DNA of 63,624 nt, the filler included, from Octopus bimaculoides (lineage: Eukaryota), in assembly GCF_001194135.2 (NCBI RefSeq). It is 8 parts of 8 records of this genome, joined end to end, with 100 filler letters (N's around TTAATTAATTAA, not from the genome) between each part and the next. Parts side by side here need not be neighbours in the genome. Positions count along the whole stretch, not along the records: positions 1 to 14,599 come from NC_068987.1; positions 14,700 to 20,963 come from NC_068981.1; positions 21,064 to 31,614 come from NC_069002.1; 5 more parts are not named here. One strand, 5' to 3'. Position numbers and translations under genes: made by a program. How positions within the stretch are numbered: position 1 is the stretch's first letter; every line of letters starts with the position of its first letter. Of this stretch, positions 13,658-27,086 are shown in pieces. The notes under the pieces were generated by a model. The model ran no database searches, was not told the DNA's origin, and worked only from the letters and a program-made list of their open reading frames with translations.

Positions 13658-14550
13658 AAAGAAGGGAGATATTACAAAAGAAGTATCAGCTAATAGCTCA
13701 ACGAGCGCTTGGAATTTCGTGCTGGTTTGTAAGTCGTTTTGTGTGAATAAGCATTCTTGATACAGATAAATGATAGTCTACCTACCTTATATCGAGTTTG
13801 TTCAAGATAGGTGGCTTATCAAGTGTGGAATAGCTTTTGAAATGAATGATATTCCTCACTCGTGCAGTGAATTTGGGGAATATATAAGATTTTCTTCACA
13901 CACATTCCCATTCTCTATCTCTCTCCTTCGTCGTCTGCGTCTGTGTACGTATAATATACGTATGCATGTCATGTAAGTACAAATGGGCATTATGGAGTAA
14001 ATGTTAAGTGGTTCACTTGGAAATTGCAAAGTCCAAGGTGAGATTTCAATGCATAACTTATTAATGAAACGACAGTTTCTACAGTCTCTTGCCGACCGAT
14101 AGATTTTGAGTAAAACTGGGTAGCGGTAGAGAAATCTGTTGAAATGATTGCAAATGATATCCAAATGTACAGCCTTGGTATCCGCTCTGCCATGCTGATT
14201 ACCTGAATGCCCACTTAATCAGTATGGCAAAGTATACATAAATACCATAAGCATACGTATATATTTACAAACATACTCGCTCACCAGACTTAAACACACG
14301 CGTATGTTCTGCTAGATAAACAAGCGTATACTCAAAAAGTTTATACGCAAATGCAAGGTACTCACGCGCACAAACACCGTTTCCAACAGTGGTAGCAATC
14401 TTGGACTTCATGTAACCTCAGCCTGAACGAGCCAGGTTTCTCTTAGACGCCTGCGAAACATTAAGTCGCATGGGGCCAAATGAAACTGTTTTATATAATA
14501 TAGGTATAATATAATATCGTATGAATATATTTTTGTATATGTATACGTGC

Positions 14551-14599
<49 letters not shown>

Positions 14600-14699
14600 N
14601 NNNNNNNNNNNNNNNNNNNNNNNNNNNNNNNNNNNNNNNNNNNTTAATTAATTAANNNNNNNNNNNNNNNNNNNNNNNNNNNNNNNNNNNNNNNNNNNN
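14600..14699. other. Scaffold-join linker N44-TTAATTAATTAA-N44 (assembly artefact); the 12-mer also occurs at 21008, 31659, 38521, 41795, 57267, 60309
   Basis: The same palindromic 12-mer with TAA in all six frames sits at the centre of seven gaps. Confidence 0.95.
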
Positions 14700-15492
14700 T
14701 TCGACGTGCTTCGGGCAGGACGCATCGTTAAAACGGCTCGTCCCATGGATCGCAGATTAAATTTGTATACGCAAATTAAATCTAGCCATGGAGGAATGCA
14801 GTGGCGGACAAAAAACAAGACAGGAAAACAAACAGAAAAGGCTTTACGGCCAGACGAGAAAAATTATGTGTGTATGAACGCGATGAGGCACGGAACCGAG
14901 AGAGACAAAGTGGTGGCGTGCGTTACTTGGCGAAAGCCAAGGAAGGAAAGGATTATTGACCGGAAGCATGTGACCATGCCGGTGTAAAGGGAAGAGAGAG
15001 AGTGGTAGAGGGAGAAAGAGAGGGAGGAAGTAGAAGAATAGGTGAGCTGAGAAAAGGGTATTTTACTTTGATATTTGTAAAACATCCACATGCCGAATAA
15101 ATGGACTTATCTTTCTATATATCATATAATTACGCAATTAAATCTATATATTATTTGCTATTATTTACCGATATATATGAATTTCAGCAACTTCTTAATA
15201 TCAAAATAGCATATTTAAAATTTCTCAATGCTTCAAAATACGGGTTAAAACACACATACAAGCACTCACACAAACACACATACATATACATACACACTGA
15301 CTGATTCAGACACATGTATACGTCTTTGTCTGTCTGTGAGCTGAGCAGCAGGAGAATTAGGAGAAATGGATCTCAAGACCTGTGTATATGAATTTTTTAA
15401 TCAGTACGACGTTAAAAATGTTTATCAAATGCAGATGTTCCCGACCATAGTGTTATGAACGTGACTCGGCTCCTAACTCTGTGTGTATATAC

Positions 15493-15559
<67 letters not shown>

Positions 15560-16544
15560 NNNNNNNNNNNNNNNNNNNNNNNNNNNNNNNNNNNNNNNNN
15601 NNNNNNNNNNNNNNNNNNNNNNNNNNNNNNNNNNNNNNNNNNNNNNNNNNNNNNNNNNNNNNNNNNNNNNNNNNNNNNNNNNNNNNNNNNNNNNNNNNNN
15701 NNNNNNNNNNNNNNNNNNNNNNNNNNNNNNNNNNNNNNNNNNNNNNNNNNNNNNNNNNNNNNNNNNNNNNNNNNNNNNNNNNNNNNNNNNNNNNNNNNNN
15801 NNNNNNNNNNNNNNNNNNNNNNNNNNNNNNNNNNNNNNNNNNNNNNNNNNNNNNNNNNNNNNNNNNNNNNNNNNNNNNNNNNNNNNNNNNNNNNNNNNNN
15901 NNNNNNNNNNNNNNNNNNNNNNNNNNNNNNNNNNNNNNNNNNNNNNNNNNNNNNNNNNNNNNNNNNNNNNNNNNNNNNNNNNNNNNNNNNNNNNNNNNNN
16001 NNNNNNNNNNNNNNNNNNNNNNNNNNNNNNNNNNNNNNNNNNNNNNNNNNNNNNNNNNNNNNNNNNNNNNNNNNNNNNNNNNNNNNNNNNNNNNNNNNNN
16101 NNNNNNNNNNNNNNNNNNNNNNNNNNNNNNNNNNNNNNNNNNNNNNNNNNNNNNNNNNNNNNNNNNNNNNNNNNNNNNNNNNNNNNNNNNNNNNNNNNNN
16201 NNNNNNNNNNNNNNNNNNNNNNNNNNNNNNNNNNNNNNNNNNNNNNNNNNNNNNNNNNNNNNNNNNNNNNNNNNNNNNNNNNNNNNNNNNNNNNNNNNNN
16301 NNNNNNNNNNNNNNNTAAGTGTATGTGTGTGAAAGTGTGTGTGTGTGTGTGTGTATATGTATGTAGTAGGGAAGAAAAAGGCTCTCGTTTGGAGTTTTAT
16401 TGTGTGCAAATATGTGTGATCGGTTGTGTGTATATGTTTGCTTGTGTCTACGTAGCTCATAAAAGTAGGTAAATAATATCGAAGCAATAACCAGAACAAT
16501 ATTGACCTTGCTAGCTCCATTCCAACAGCCAGATTTTAATACAT

Positions 16545-16583
<39 letters not shown>

Positions 16584-17133
16584 TTTTGTTTCCATTCGCT
16601 GTCAAGAAACCATTTAACATGACTCCGGCAAAGGTTGTATTATAAAATATATCCTTGATTCAATTATCATCCGCTCATTGTCTGTACCATCACTTCCACA
16701 ACCGCTACCTCCACCACTGCCAACACGTCGATCATCAGCACTACCAACATGTCGATCACCAGCACTACCACAATCGCAAAACTCATAATATAATGCCATA
16801 ACGACAAACGGGAGGAACATCGTCAATCAATAAATAAAGAAAGAAAACAACCCCCCGCCTCACTCTCCGTGAAAATCTCAAAAAATGAAAATATTATGCA
16901 GTGGAGAGACATTCTATGATATTCATTAGGATTTATCTTAAGTACGAATAAAAACTATTTTCCCTCCGTGAAATAAGAAAGGGAAAACGACCTTTGAAAC
17001 GCTTTGGATTATATAGTTAAACCGGAAATTGAACTTCGACACTTACTGAAGTTATGATGCGATTTAGTTTCTCACTATATATATATATACACACACACAT
17101 ACATACATACGTACATACATACATACATACAAA

Positions 17134-17174
<41 letters not shown>

Positions 17175-18863
17175 TGTATGTGTGTAGGCGCTATTTATAT
17201 TTTCAAATTTTCACCCTTTCCGATAGCAATATATAGAATCTCTTCTTTGAAGAGGTGGTATATGAACATAATAGTTTCGTATCTACATTACGTTAATTTC
17301 ATTTTATGACAGAATCCACTTCTTTTTTATTAATGTTGTTGTTTTTTGAAGCGGTGAAATGGCAAAACTCTAGATTGCACGATAAAATGCCTTGCAATAC
17401 TTGGTTACATCCTTTTACTTTCTGAGTTCAATATTCTCTGAGGTTGTTCATGCCTTTCTTTATTCGGGATGGGAGTGGGGAATCCATGAGATAAATACCT
17501 GTCAAGTACTGAATTAACTATGTCGATTATAGACTTCTCAAAATTATCGCTTTTTGACCAAGTTAGAATTGGTTATTATTGTTATTATTCTGAGAGTGCA
17601 TTAGCATAGACTGTTTAAAGCAGTAAACTATATAGCTATAAATTAACTATGTCAATTATAGCCTGTTTAATACAGCAAATTGCAAGGTTATATGCTTATG
17701 TTTCATTACGTTCTGTGTTTAAATAAATCTATCTTGCATTTTGTCATTCTATTTTTTGAGAAAAAAAAAATATATAATAAACACTAATCAAGAATTAGAA
17801 TCGAGAAACCGACTTTCGTCCTTGCCTACAATTGGAATCATTATTGTTATTAATCTATAGAGAAATAAAAGCTGAGTCTGTTGTTAACACAAATGATTAA
17901 TTAAAAATATTATTTTCTTTCACTTTTAAAGAGTAGAGAATAGAAAGAGAACTCTTCCGATCTTGATGGTAAAATAACTGAAAATACCAGTTCGTCACTT
18001 TGCATGAGAATGCGAATTAAAATAGATTAGAATTAGGACAAGGATATAACATTTAAAACACAACGGTAAGAATTGAATTTCTACTTTCAACAACTAAGAT
18101 AACTTTGCATACATAAGTGAACAAAAATGTTCATAGATAGTTCAGTGTTTTATAAAGTTTGTTGGATAAAGGAAAAGAAAATGTCTGCTTCGGTAGAATA
18201 ATTTATTTTGAATAGACAAACACCTGTTTGCAGATACGTGGCTATCGTGAAAAGGAAAAATAGTCATGTAAACGTACACTGACGTAAAGTAACACATAAG
18301 GATTATTTTGCAGCTAGAACAACGCTATCGTTTAGCTGGAAGAAAGAGTTTTATGTACAACAGCTTAATAAGGCTGCGGTGGGAAAGTTACTGTTGACCG
18401 CTACAAAAACGATTCAGGAAGGCATCCAGACTAGCGACGCACAGCAAAATTTCTAGCTGTTAAACATGTGCTCGTAAGCTCTATAAGAAGCTTATGATCT
18501 TCCTGAGGATTTACGGGTGACTGGAATAGTGACTCTCAACTCGAGTTGTAGCGTCTCTCTGACGCAAATGGGTGCTGTGGGCTTAGAAGGGGATAGCAAA
18601 TGTAAAGGGGTGTTATGCGCGCTGGGTGTTTAGAGTGACTCGTTTTTGTTCGAATTTCTTAGAAATAAAATATTTAAACTAAGTATTTGCTTTTTTTTTA
18701 AATATTTTGAAAAGGAAAATCTTTGTCGGGCTTATGAGTAGGTCATTATTTTAACAGTCAGTAAAAATATGATCAATGATGTCCCAAGATTCGGTGTTGC
18801 TAATTTATTGTTTTTAGATCTCAATCAATAAATATAACATTTTGATTAAAATGAATAAATAAA

Positions 18864-19111
18864 TGCGCCCTTTAAAATCCGAGCCAGGATCATGGGCCCG
18901 GTTTCCCGGTTTCATTGGCATATGTGTTCCCCAGGTGGACGGGACGCCAGCTCATTGTAGCGTTACTCATTTTTGCTAGCTGAGTGAGTTAGAACAACGG
19001 GAAACGAAGTGCTCTGCTCAAAAACACAACGCGCTGCCCGGTCCAGAATCCGAAACCACAATCTTACGATAATGGAGCTGACACGCTAACCACTAGGCCA
19101 CGCGCCTCCAC
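18864..19111 (-). mobile_element. Full-length tRNA-derived SINE (head type B, tail type X)
   Basis: Minus strand GGAGGCGCGTGGCCTAGTGGTTAG (A box)...GGTTTCGGATTC (B box-like)...ttgagcagagcactt...cactcagctagc, then the tail ending ttttaaagggcgcat(TTAT)n. Confidence 0.85.
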
Positions 19112-20278
19112 TAACATTTTCCATGACGATCAATAATTAAAATTAAAGCAAAACAGATTTGTTTTCTTTATTCCTTCAACATTTATTTTCATCTCTTTTA
19201 TCGAAATACTTTCTATGTGTAATATATACTTTCATTAAGTCGCCGAAGATAGCTGCCAAGACTCCCCCGAACAAGTCTTGCATGAAAAGATAAAGCATGA
19301 TGGGCAGACCACCCAGCCCCGGGGAATTCTCCCTTGTGCAATCAGCCATCGTTTATGTATTTCATCAGCTATTATCGGCCTTTCGTAAAACTACGCATAC
19401 CTTTCTGAAACACCCGGATAGTTATAACTTATCTTATCGTAATTACGTTGAACTAATCAGCCGTGAGCCCGTGTTGATGGAAGATAATGAAAACCGATGT
19501 AGATCGGCGTTGTTGTATTTATAGTTTATACAAGACAGTTTCAATTCTCATTTTTAGGTAATTTTTGTGGTGCCACTGAAACATTTGTATAAGGCACAAG
19601 TATCCGTCGGTCTCATTCCCAGGCTTTACAACTGTCAGTAACGAGGCCACACACTCATAGCGGAAGTACAAAGAATGAGAACGATTCTTCTCAACAATGT
19701 ACGAATACTTATACGCAACATTATATACAATAGGCTACGCATACATTGTCTAACCCCCTGCACCAATTAGATGCTCCATCACTTCCTATCGTCACGGAAT
19801 ATAGAAAATAACAGCGGTGCAAACGAGCGGGAGCGAACGATAGAGAGGGATGGGACAGATTGGTTGTCGAATGCACCCCTTCCTTAAAACATTGACAAAA
19901 ATAAGTTTTTCATTCAGTTCCCATCTACGACTCTTTAGTTAAACATCTTGCTTTAATCAATAAGATGGAAGTTAACTGTGAATTAATGTATATAAGGCGA
20001 AGGCTGTTATATACAGTTAGGTTACAGCGATTTACAAGTGTCTATTTCGTTTGTTCGTCCCTTTCTCTGGTAGAGATTATATGGCAATGAGATTTGATTC
20101 GGAAGTTCTGTCGACATACTGTACCTAACAGAATTTTCAAGGTTCTACAATCAACGCGACAGTAACTTCTATGTCTATAACCACTTATTTCGCTCTAAGG
20201 CTAAGAACCCAAGTCACCTAGGAAAAGGAATATCATATGACTTTCTTATTCGAGTGTGTGCGAGAGCTCGAATGCATC

Positions 20279-20320
<42 letters not shown>

Positions 20321-20495
20321 TGAAAGGTATTTGTGTCAAGAAGACCCAAAAGGTATCGGATAAACGCTAAGTAAGTGCTATGGATAGACTGAGGAGTCCA
20401 ACGTGGGTCATGTATTAGCATGCATATATATAAATTGAGAGAATGGGATAAAAAAAACAAGGCAGTAAACAAATTTCATAATATTTATCCATAAA

Positions 20496-20545
20496 CGTCT
20501 TACAGCTGTTTCCGGGTTATTTTATATATCCTTTCATCAGAGACG
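20496..20545 (-). ncRNA. Minimal type I hammerhead ribozyme (Penelope-type)
   Basis: Minus strand CGTCT-CTGATGA-aaggatatataaaataacccg-GAAAC-AGCT-GTA/AGACG. Intact core, perfect 5-bp stem I, palindromic helix III (ACAGCTGT), imperfect stem II. Predicted cut between 20501 and 20500. Confidence 0.75.
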
Positions 20546-21298
20546 GTGCGAGAAAATATTTGAGTATTAATTATTATAGAGAGGTGAAATACAGAGGGAA
20601 GTAAGAAAATGAATATAGAAGTGAGACACATAAGGATATTGTATTTGCAGTTCCATTATTCAAGTAAAATGTTGTATATTAGTGGTGAAAAATCGTTTTT
20701 GGTGAAGACATTTTCTAGTACCTGTGTGTGTGAGTTCCAACGGTAGTTATATTTGGTCATTCCAAGCATAGAGCCTTGTAAACAGTGTTCATCGATTGAG
20801 ATATGTTCTTTTTTTGTGTCTGTGAATTAAAATGTGTTGGTAGTGTTAATGGATAGACAGAGGTAGGACAGATGTGTATGATTAGAAAGAGGAGATGGGT
20901 CAAATATATATATATATATATATATAATTTATATAAGGGCATTACTATATAGTAATGCTTCACNNNNNNNNNNNNNNNNNNNNNNNNNNNNNNNNNNNNN
21001 NNNNNNNTTAATTAATTAANNNNNNNNNNNNNNNNNNNNNNNNNNNNNNNNNNNNNNNNNNNNTGTGTGTGCGTGTGTGTGTAATTGTATTATCTATTTA
21101 TCTATCTATTCCATTTTTGTACATATTTTTGATAAGGTTTTTCAAAAACCGAAACATGGAAAACAAAACCAAAACATTCTTCTTTTTAAAGAAAATAAAA
21201 GTGTACCTAATTTTAAAAGTGTAGTATTTTCGTTCTTCTTTTTGATAAATATCTACTTACTCGTGTGTTACTTCTACACATTGTTTAAATATATATAT

Positions 21299-21490
21299 AT
21301 ACGAAGGCTGCTGAAAAGGCACTGGTTTGGGGTATAAGAAAACTCAGGAGGATCAGTTAATTATGATATTATTACGCATATATTGCCCTCTCAGACTCAC
21401 GCACCTTTTTCTAGTGGTCCTTCATTTTTTTTAGCCCTGTAAAAGAACTCGGCATGTTGGGCCTCTGACCAGGCACTTTGCGATACCTTG
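21299..21490 (-). mobile_element. Mariner-derived MITE, degenerate; same family as 32238-32447
   Basis: TIR-like tacgaaggctgctgaaaag next to (TA)n. Internal minus-strand ccgagttcttttacagggctaaaaaaatgaaggacc matches ccgagatctattacagggcctagaaaactgaaggacc at ~32306-32340. Confidence 0.55.
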
Positions 21491-22919
21491 AAAGCCAAAT
21501 TCCGTCATAAAATTTGCTGAAGCCCCAAGGATCTACTGAAACCCAGCTTTTAAAGTCTACTCACCAGTTATCATACACTCTGGGATCGAAACTTTTATCT
21601 ACAGATAGCAAAGCCAAATTAGTTGAGATCCCAAGGATAGACACAATAAACAATAACTATTTCATATTGTTTATTTTCCTTGCTGTCTTATAACTGCAGT
21701 ACTATGCATTAACGTGTTTATTGAGGAGCTTCAGTCAAGCGTATCTGAAACGAAACGTGTTATTAGTATTGTTGTTAAGGTATTTGCTTCGCAACTGTTG
21801 GATATCGTGTTTGATCTTTCTGCACACTACATTCGACATTAAAATTCTAGCATGGCTTTGTGTCGCCCACAGCGTTGTCAATGAAATCTCTTTAGATATT
21901 AATTGTGTGAATGACAAAGACAAATATACATGTAGTAGACTTATTCTTTTATACATTTGTATTTCTTTACAGCTCCACCCTGTTAGCAATGTCCGTCTTT
22001 CTTGTCATTTTCTTTTTGTGTTTTGTTTTTGGTCAGTGAGGCAATTATATCTTTGCTCCTTTACTCGCGTGATTGCTAAGATGCTGAAACGATCTGCTGC
22101 TGCCGTTGCTTCTGTTACCATAGTTTCATTACGAAGGTTAAGTCTAGTCATATTCCCATACAATATAATGTCTATTGCATGCAGAATTGTATTTAAAAAT
22201 CTTGCTCATCTCATGTCAGTTATGCCCTGTAGTGTAACAAAAATCATTTTCTTGTCAGTTGATATCTAAAGAAGTCGGGGATCTAAAACGACGACTATAA
22301 TTACAAACCAGTAAAGAAAATTACAAATTCAAAAATCAAAAAGCATAAAAATTATAAATAATGCGAATTAAATCTCTTTCAGTGATATGAAATCAATTCT
22401 GCGTTTATCTAGACGGAGTTCAAAACTGAAACTTTATAAATGAAACAAAGCATCGTTATCACATAGAAGAGTGTAGTTGTGTGTCCAATCCTTGAAGTGA
22501 TGTATATTGGATCTCGAAAACATTAATTATGACCTGACTTTTAGAGTATTCGATCAGAAAGTATCAGAGGTGACATGCAGTTGACTGATGTGAAATGTGT
22601 CACGGCACTCCAGCATCTTCCAATGCAGTAACATTAATTGACATAAGACACTGAAGTAAAATAATTGACGCTGAAACGAAACAGTATGATCACGTACTCA
22701 GTGGAACCGCAGCTGATTTGACTTCATATCATACGCTGCTATTCAAATATTGTTGAATTTATTTGCTAAAGCAATCCGGCTGCAATGCGTAGGGTTTCAG
22801 AGTTAGTAAAACAAAGTATAAAAATGGAAACAACTCATTAGACGATGCAAAATTGCCTGGTCGACTAAATGTATGCAACGGGAGTCTTCGAACAGAGCTG
22901 ACAAACGACTATGATAAAT

Positions 22920-23045
22920 GTAGTAGTAGTAGTAGTAGTAATAGTAGTAGTAGTAGTAGTACTAGTAGTAGTAGTAGTAGTAGTAGCAGCAGCAGCAGCA
23001 GCAGTAGCAGCAGTAGTAGTAGGAGGAGGAGGAGGAGGAGGGGCG
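22920..23045. repeat. Compound (TAG)n-(CAG)n-(GGA)n microsatellite
   Basis: Directly visible; source of the poly-S/poly-V ORF-track entries. Confidence 0.95.
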
Positions 23046-23676
23046 AGGAGGCTCAGTAAGAATTACAAGTCGATTCGTGTATTTTTATTCTTCCAGCGTT
23101 CTCAACCAAAATTACATCTCAGACAATGTCGTGTATTGGTTTCAACTTGATACCAAACAACATTACTCTGGACGAGACTGCAAGTAATTAAGTGATGAAT
23201 GGAGCTATTCATCTTTCCGGCAAAAGGCTCGTCGTCTAAACGTGGAACCAAACGAAATGAAGTCGACTGGAGAGAATGCTTCGTCGCTTGAATAATATAT
23301 GATAAGAATGAGTATTTGGGCCTACGATTGCGAAATGAATTCACTGAAAATGGCTGGAAGGACTTCATACAAATAACCAAACGTAACTATGTTGAGTGTA
23401 ACCTTACATTCAATAGAGGAGGACACGCTATAAGAAAGAGCGGTGGATGGATTATCATAGAGTATCAAAGATTAGAGTAGATTTTGTTGAGTGTAGCACT
23501 AATATATAAAATAGGAGTAACATGCTGGAAGTTTGATTATGAGAGAGTAGAGAGTTCTTGGTAGTGAGTTCTAAATATTATCTAGAAACACAATTAGTTG
23601 GGTGACTATGTTGTAGTTTAGTAAAGGCGATGACTGATTGATAGAAGGTAGTATTTGACTGTACGTGGTATTTTAC

Positions 23677-23718
<42 letters not shown>

Positions 23719-24644
23719 NNNNNNNNNNNNNNNNNNNNNNNNNNNNNNNNNNNNNNNNNNNNNNNNNNNNNNNNNNNNNNNNNNNNNNNNNNNNNNNNNN
23801 NNNNNNNNNNNNNNNNNNNNNNNNNNNNNNNNNNNNNNNNNNNNNNNNNNNNNNNNNNNNNNNNNNNNNNNNNNNNNNNNNNNNNNNNNNNNNNNNNNNN
23901 NNNNNNNNNNNNNNNNNNNNNNNNNNNNNNNNNNNNNNNNNNNNNNNNNNNNNNNNNNNNNNNNNNNNNNNNNNNNNNNNNNNNNNNNNNNNNNNNNNNN
24001 NNNNNNNNNNNNNNNNNNNNNNNNNNNNNNNNNNNNNNNNNNNNNNNNNNNNNNNNNNNNNNNNNNNNNNNNNNNNNNNNNNNNNNNNNNNNNNNNNNNN
24101 NNNNNNNNNNNNNNNNNNNNNNNNNNNNNNNNNNNNNNNNNNNNNNNNNNNNNNNNNNNNNNNNNNNNNNNNNNNNNNNNNNNNNNNNNNNNNNNNNNNN
24201 NNACTCGGGGTTTCGAAGGTAAGGACAATACGCGACTTCGTTGGAACGGTTCTTCCCGCAAAGCAAATTAAACAAAATTTGGAATTTTTTGCGGAGGGTG
24301 AAAGTGTCAACAAGAACAGGACAGTGAGAACAAGACAGTAAAATCAGAACAAGAAAGTAAAAACAATACAGTGGAAACAAACGGTAAGGGCCGTTCGACT
24401 AATACAATAGAAACATTATTACTTTGAACGCTAGTTGGACGTGAATGTGAGACAGAAAATTCACGTCTTCTGTGTAGGAAGGCAGCGAATAGAAAGAAAG
24501 AATCACTTTCGTGACTGTCAGCGATGAGAGGGTCAAGAAGGAAGAGTGAAAGAGAGAGAGAGAGAGAGANNNNNNNNNNNNNNNNNNNNNNNNNNNNNNN
24601 NNNNNNNNNNNNNNNNNNNNNNNNNNNNNNNNNNNNNNNNNNNN

Positions 24645-24684
<40 letters not shown>

Positions 24685-25737
24685 GTGAAAGGAAGAGAAG
24701 AATAAGGAAAGGGTGGGAGAGAAAAACAGAAAGGATGAAGAACAAGAGAAGGAGAGAGATAGGCAAGGAATTGATAGTAATAGTAGTAGAGTGCGCATAG
24801 TAAATTATTAAGATAAAACTTACTTGGAAAAGGATTCGTGGCGTTCGGTCGCATTTCATAAACATAAGGACATGTTTTAAGATGTCTTATAATTCAACTC
24901 TTCTGTCTGACTGGGATTTTATATATCGCTTTGGAAATTATAAACTTGAGAGTAGCGTGTTAGAAAAAATGAGATTTAAATTTAATAAGTAATCAAACAT
25001 GACAAATTATTTTACGTGTTACATTATTGTCTAGAATTGTATTTAGACAAGAGATAATATTTTAACTGCTGTCAAACACGTCAGTGATGACCGTTTCCGT
25101 GGTTTGCAGACATGTTATTTTTTGATGTCAGAATTATTCAGATGAATTAAAAATTATTAGACATGGTTGCAATATATTGCAATTAATGTTAGTGTTTTAA
25201 TATAGCAATATGTGCAACGTTCTCTGAATTGTTAAAAGCTCATCCAGCATAAGACCTGTCAAGGACAGGTGTCAGTGTTCCTGTATGATATAACAATAGG
25301 TTCTTTCCACAAAATATCTTTTGTTTGTGCTCTTTTCCATCATTAATATAATATCATATCCGTCACTAAGCTGCCAGTAAAAACTATTTGCTCATCATAT
25401 ATGTGCCTTCTTTTAATAATTGTGAAAGTCTCCAATAGTAGTTACTGACAAAACAACAGTATATCTATCTATCTATCTATCTATCTATCCATCTATGAAT
25501 GTATGCATGTATGTAAGTGTATGTATGTAAATATACATATATACATACATGCATACATATATATNNNNNNNNNNNNNNNNNNNNNNNNNNNNNNNNNNNN
25601 NNNNNNNNNNNNNNNNNNNNNNNNNNNNNNNNNNNNNNNNNNNNNNNNNNNNNNNNNNNNNNNNNNNNNNNNNNTATATATATATATATATATATATATT
25701 CACAGAGAGAGAGAGAGAGAGAGAGAATATGTACATG

Positions 25738-26292
25738 GTAGAAAAATTAGAGAAATTTTCTGCCAGTGGCTAGCATGCATAAAAGAGTCAATAGACAACA
25801 TATTTTTCATATAAAATCAGTGTACATTTATACACATAAAGAGGTGAGCCTAACAGGCCACCTTACATGCTACACAGAGCAGTCAAAGACCAAACCACGG
25901 TTACGAGTAATTTCATACGAGATAAAAAAATTAAAAAAACATTTTCAATAGTTACCACATGTACCTAGGTTTCGAGCATCAATAAACATATAAAATAAGT
26001 TGCTATCCGTCTTCTCATTAGCACAGGTGCTACAAATATATATTTATGGATCATTGAAGATCTGTATACATTATAACTTTTCAAATCCATCGCGCAAGCG
26101 CAGTTATAGTCGGCAGCAAATAAAAATATATGTGCCGGCATTCTTCAAAATTAGGAAATTATATTAAAAAAATATTCAAAGCGTAGAAAAGTTAGAGAAA
26201 TTTTCTGCCAGTGGCTAGCATGCATAAAAGAGTCAATAGGTAACATACTTTTCATATAAAATTACTGGACCTTTATACACAAAAGAGATGAG
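25738..26292 (-). repeat. ~110-bp direct repeats (25738-25848 and 26183-26292; period 445 bp) enclosing a hammerhead motif
   Basis: gtagaaaa(a/g)ttagagaaattttctgccagtggctagcatgcataaaagagtcaatag... occurs twice, the second half diverged. Confidence 0.85.
25958..26025 (-). ncRNA. Type I hammerhead ribozyme motif with G5->A core change
   Basis: Minus strand tgtg-CTAATGA-GA...(long loop)...TC-GAAAC-CTAG-GTA/catg; palindromic helix III ACCTAGGT. Confidence 0.6.
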
Positions 26293-26705
26293 AACAGGGA
26301 AGGCAAACGAGGGGTGAACGGATATGACGTAGTATTAATAAAGGAAAAAGCAACAATATATATATTATCAATCGTTCTATGTTTCGCTGTCTCTTAACGA
26401 ATTTCTTTCTCGACAACAACCAAGAATCATCCACTCAGTAGAATGATACCTTTTTTTAAGCATGTGTTGCATTGATCTTTGATGAAAGATATACTAAAAT
26501 TCGCACACGCACTCAATAACAGCAATGCACACAAAAACAGCCCCCAAAATAACTACAGTAACCCCTCGCCATATTGTAGTTCACCTATCACGGATCATCT
26601 GTCGCAGTTTATTATTTCAGCTTAGGTCGCTTTATCGGTGGTGCTGTTTTCCATTTATAGTAAAATGAATATACAAATTATAAAAATAACAAAAAATTAT
26701 ACATT

Positions 26706-26789
26706 ACAGTCCTGTTCCTACTTCGCAGATTTTCACCAATTGCGGGGTGTTTTGGAACGTAACCCCCGCGATACTCGAAGGATTACTGG
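26706..26789 (-). mobile_element. pogo/Tigger-like MITE terminal fragment
   Basis: Minus strand cagtaatccttcgagtatcgcgggggttacgttccaaaacaccccgcaattggtgaaaatctgcgaagtag resembles Tigger/MER2-type termini. Confidence 0.55.
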
Positions 26790-27034
26790 ATCAATATTGT
26801 AATATAGTGGAAGTCGTTTTATTTCAGCTGTGTTGCGTCACGTTGCCTCTGTGTTAAAAGACATACAGAAAGACACATGCAAACACGACCAAAAAGGAAC
26901 AACTACTTAAATTGTTACATAACGAACTCTTTTCTGATTTCTCTGAAGCTGTGCTGTGTTCAATTGTCCAACTTGCACTGAAAATTCCTGCGTTTTTAAT
27001 CAAAACTTGTTAGGTACTATGTTGGCAGCAGTAC

Positions 27035-27084
<50 letters not shown>

Positions 27085-27086
<2 letters not shown>

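Noticed and set aside
14644-14655. Recurrent palindrome TTAATTAATTAA at seven sites
   Set aside because: Always centred in an N gap (44 N each side where counted), with stops in all six frames: an artificial scaffolding linker.
22825-22885. CTAATGA...GAAAC on the minus strand as a sixth hammerhead
   Set aside because: No GUH triplet pairing in helix III and no stem I.
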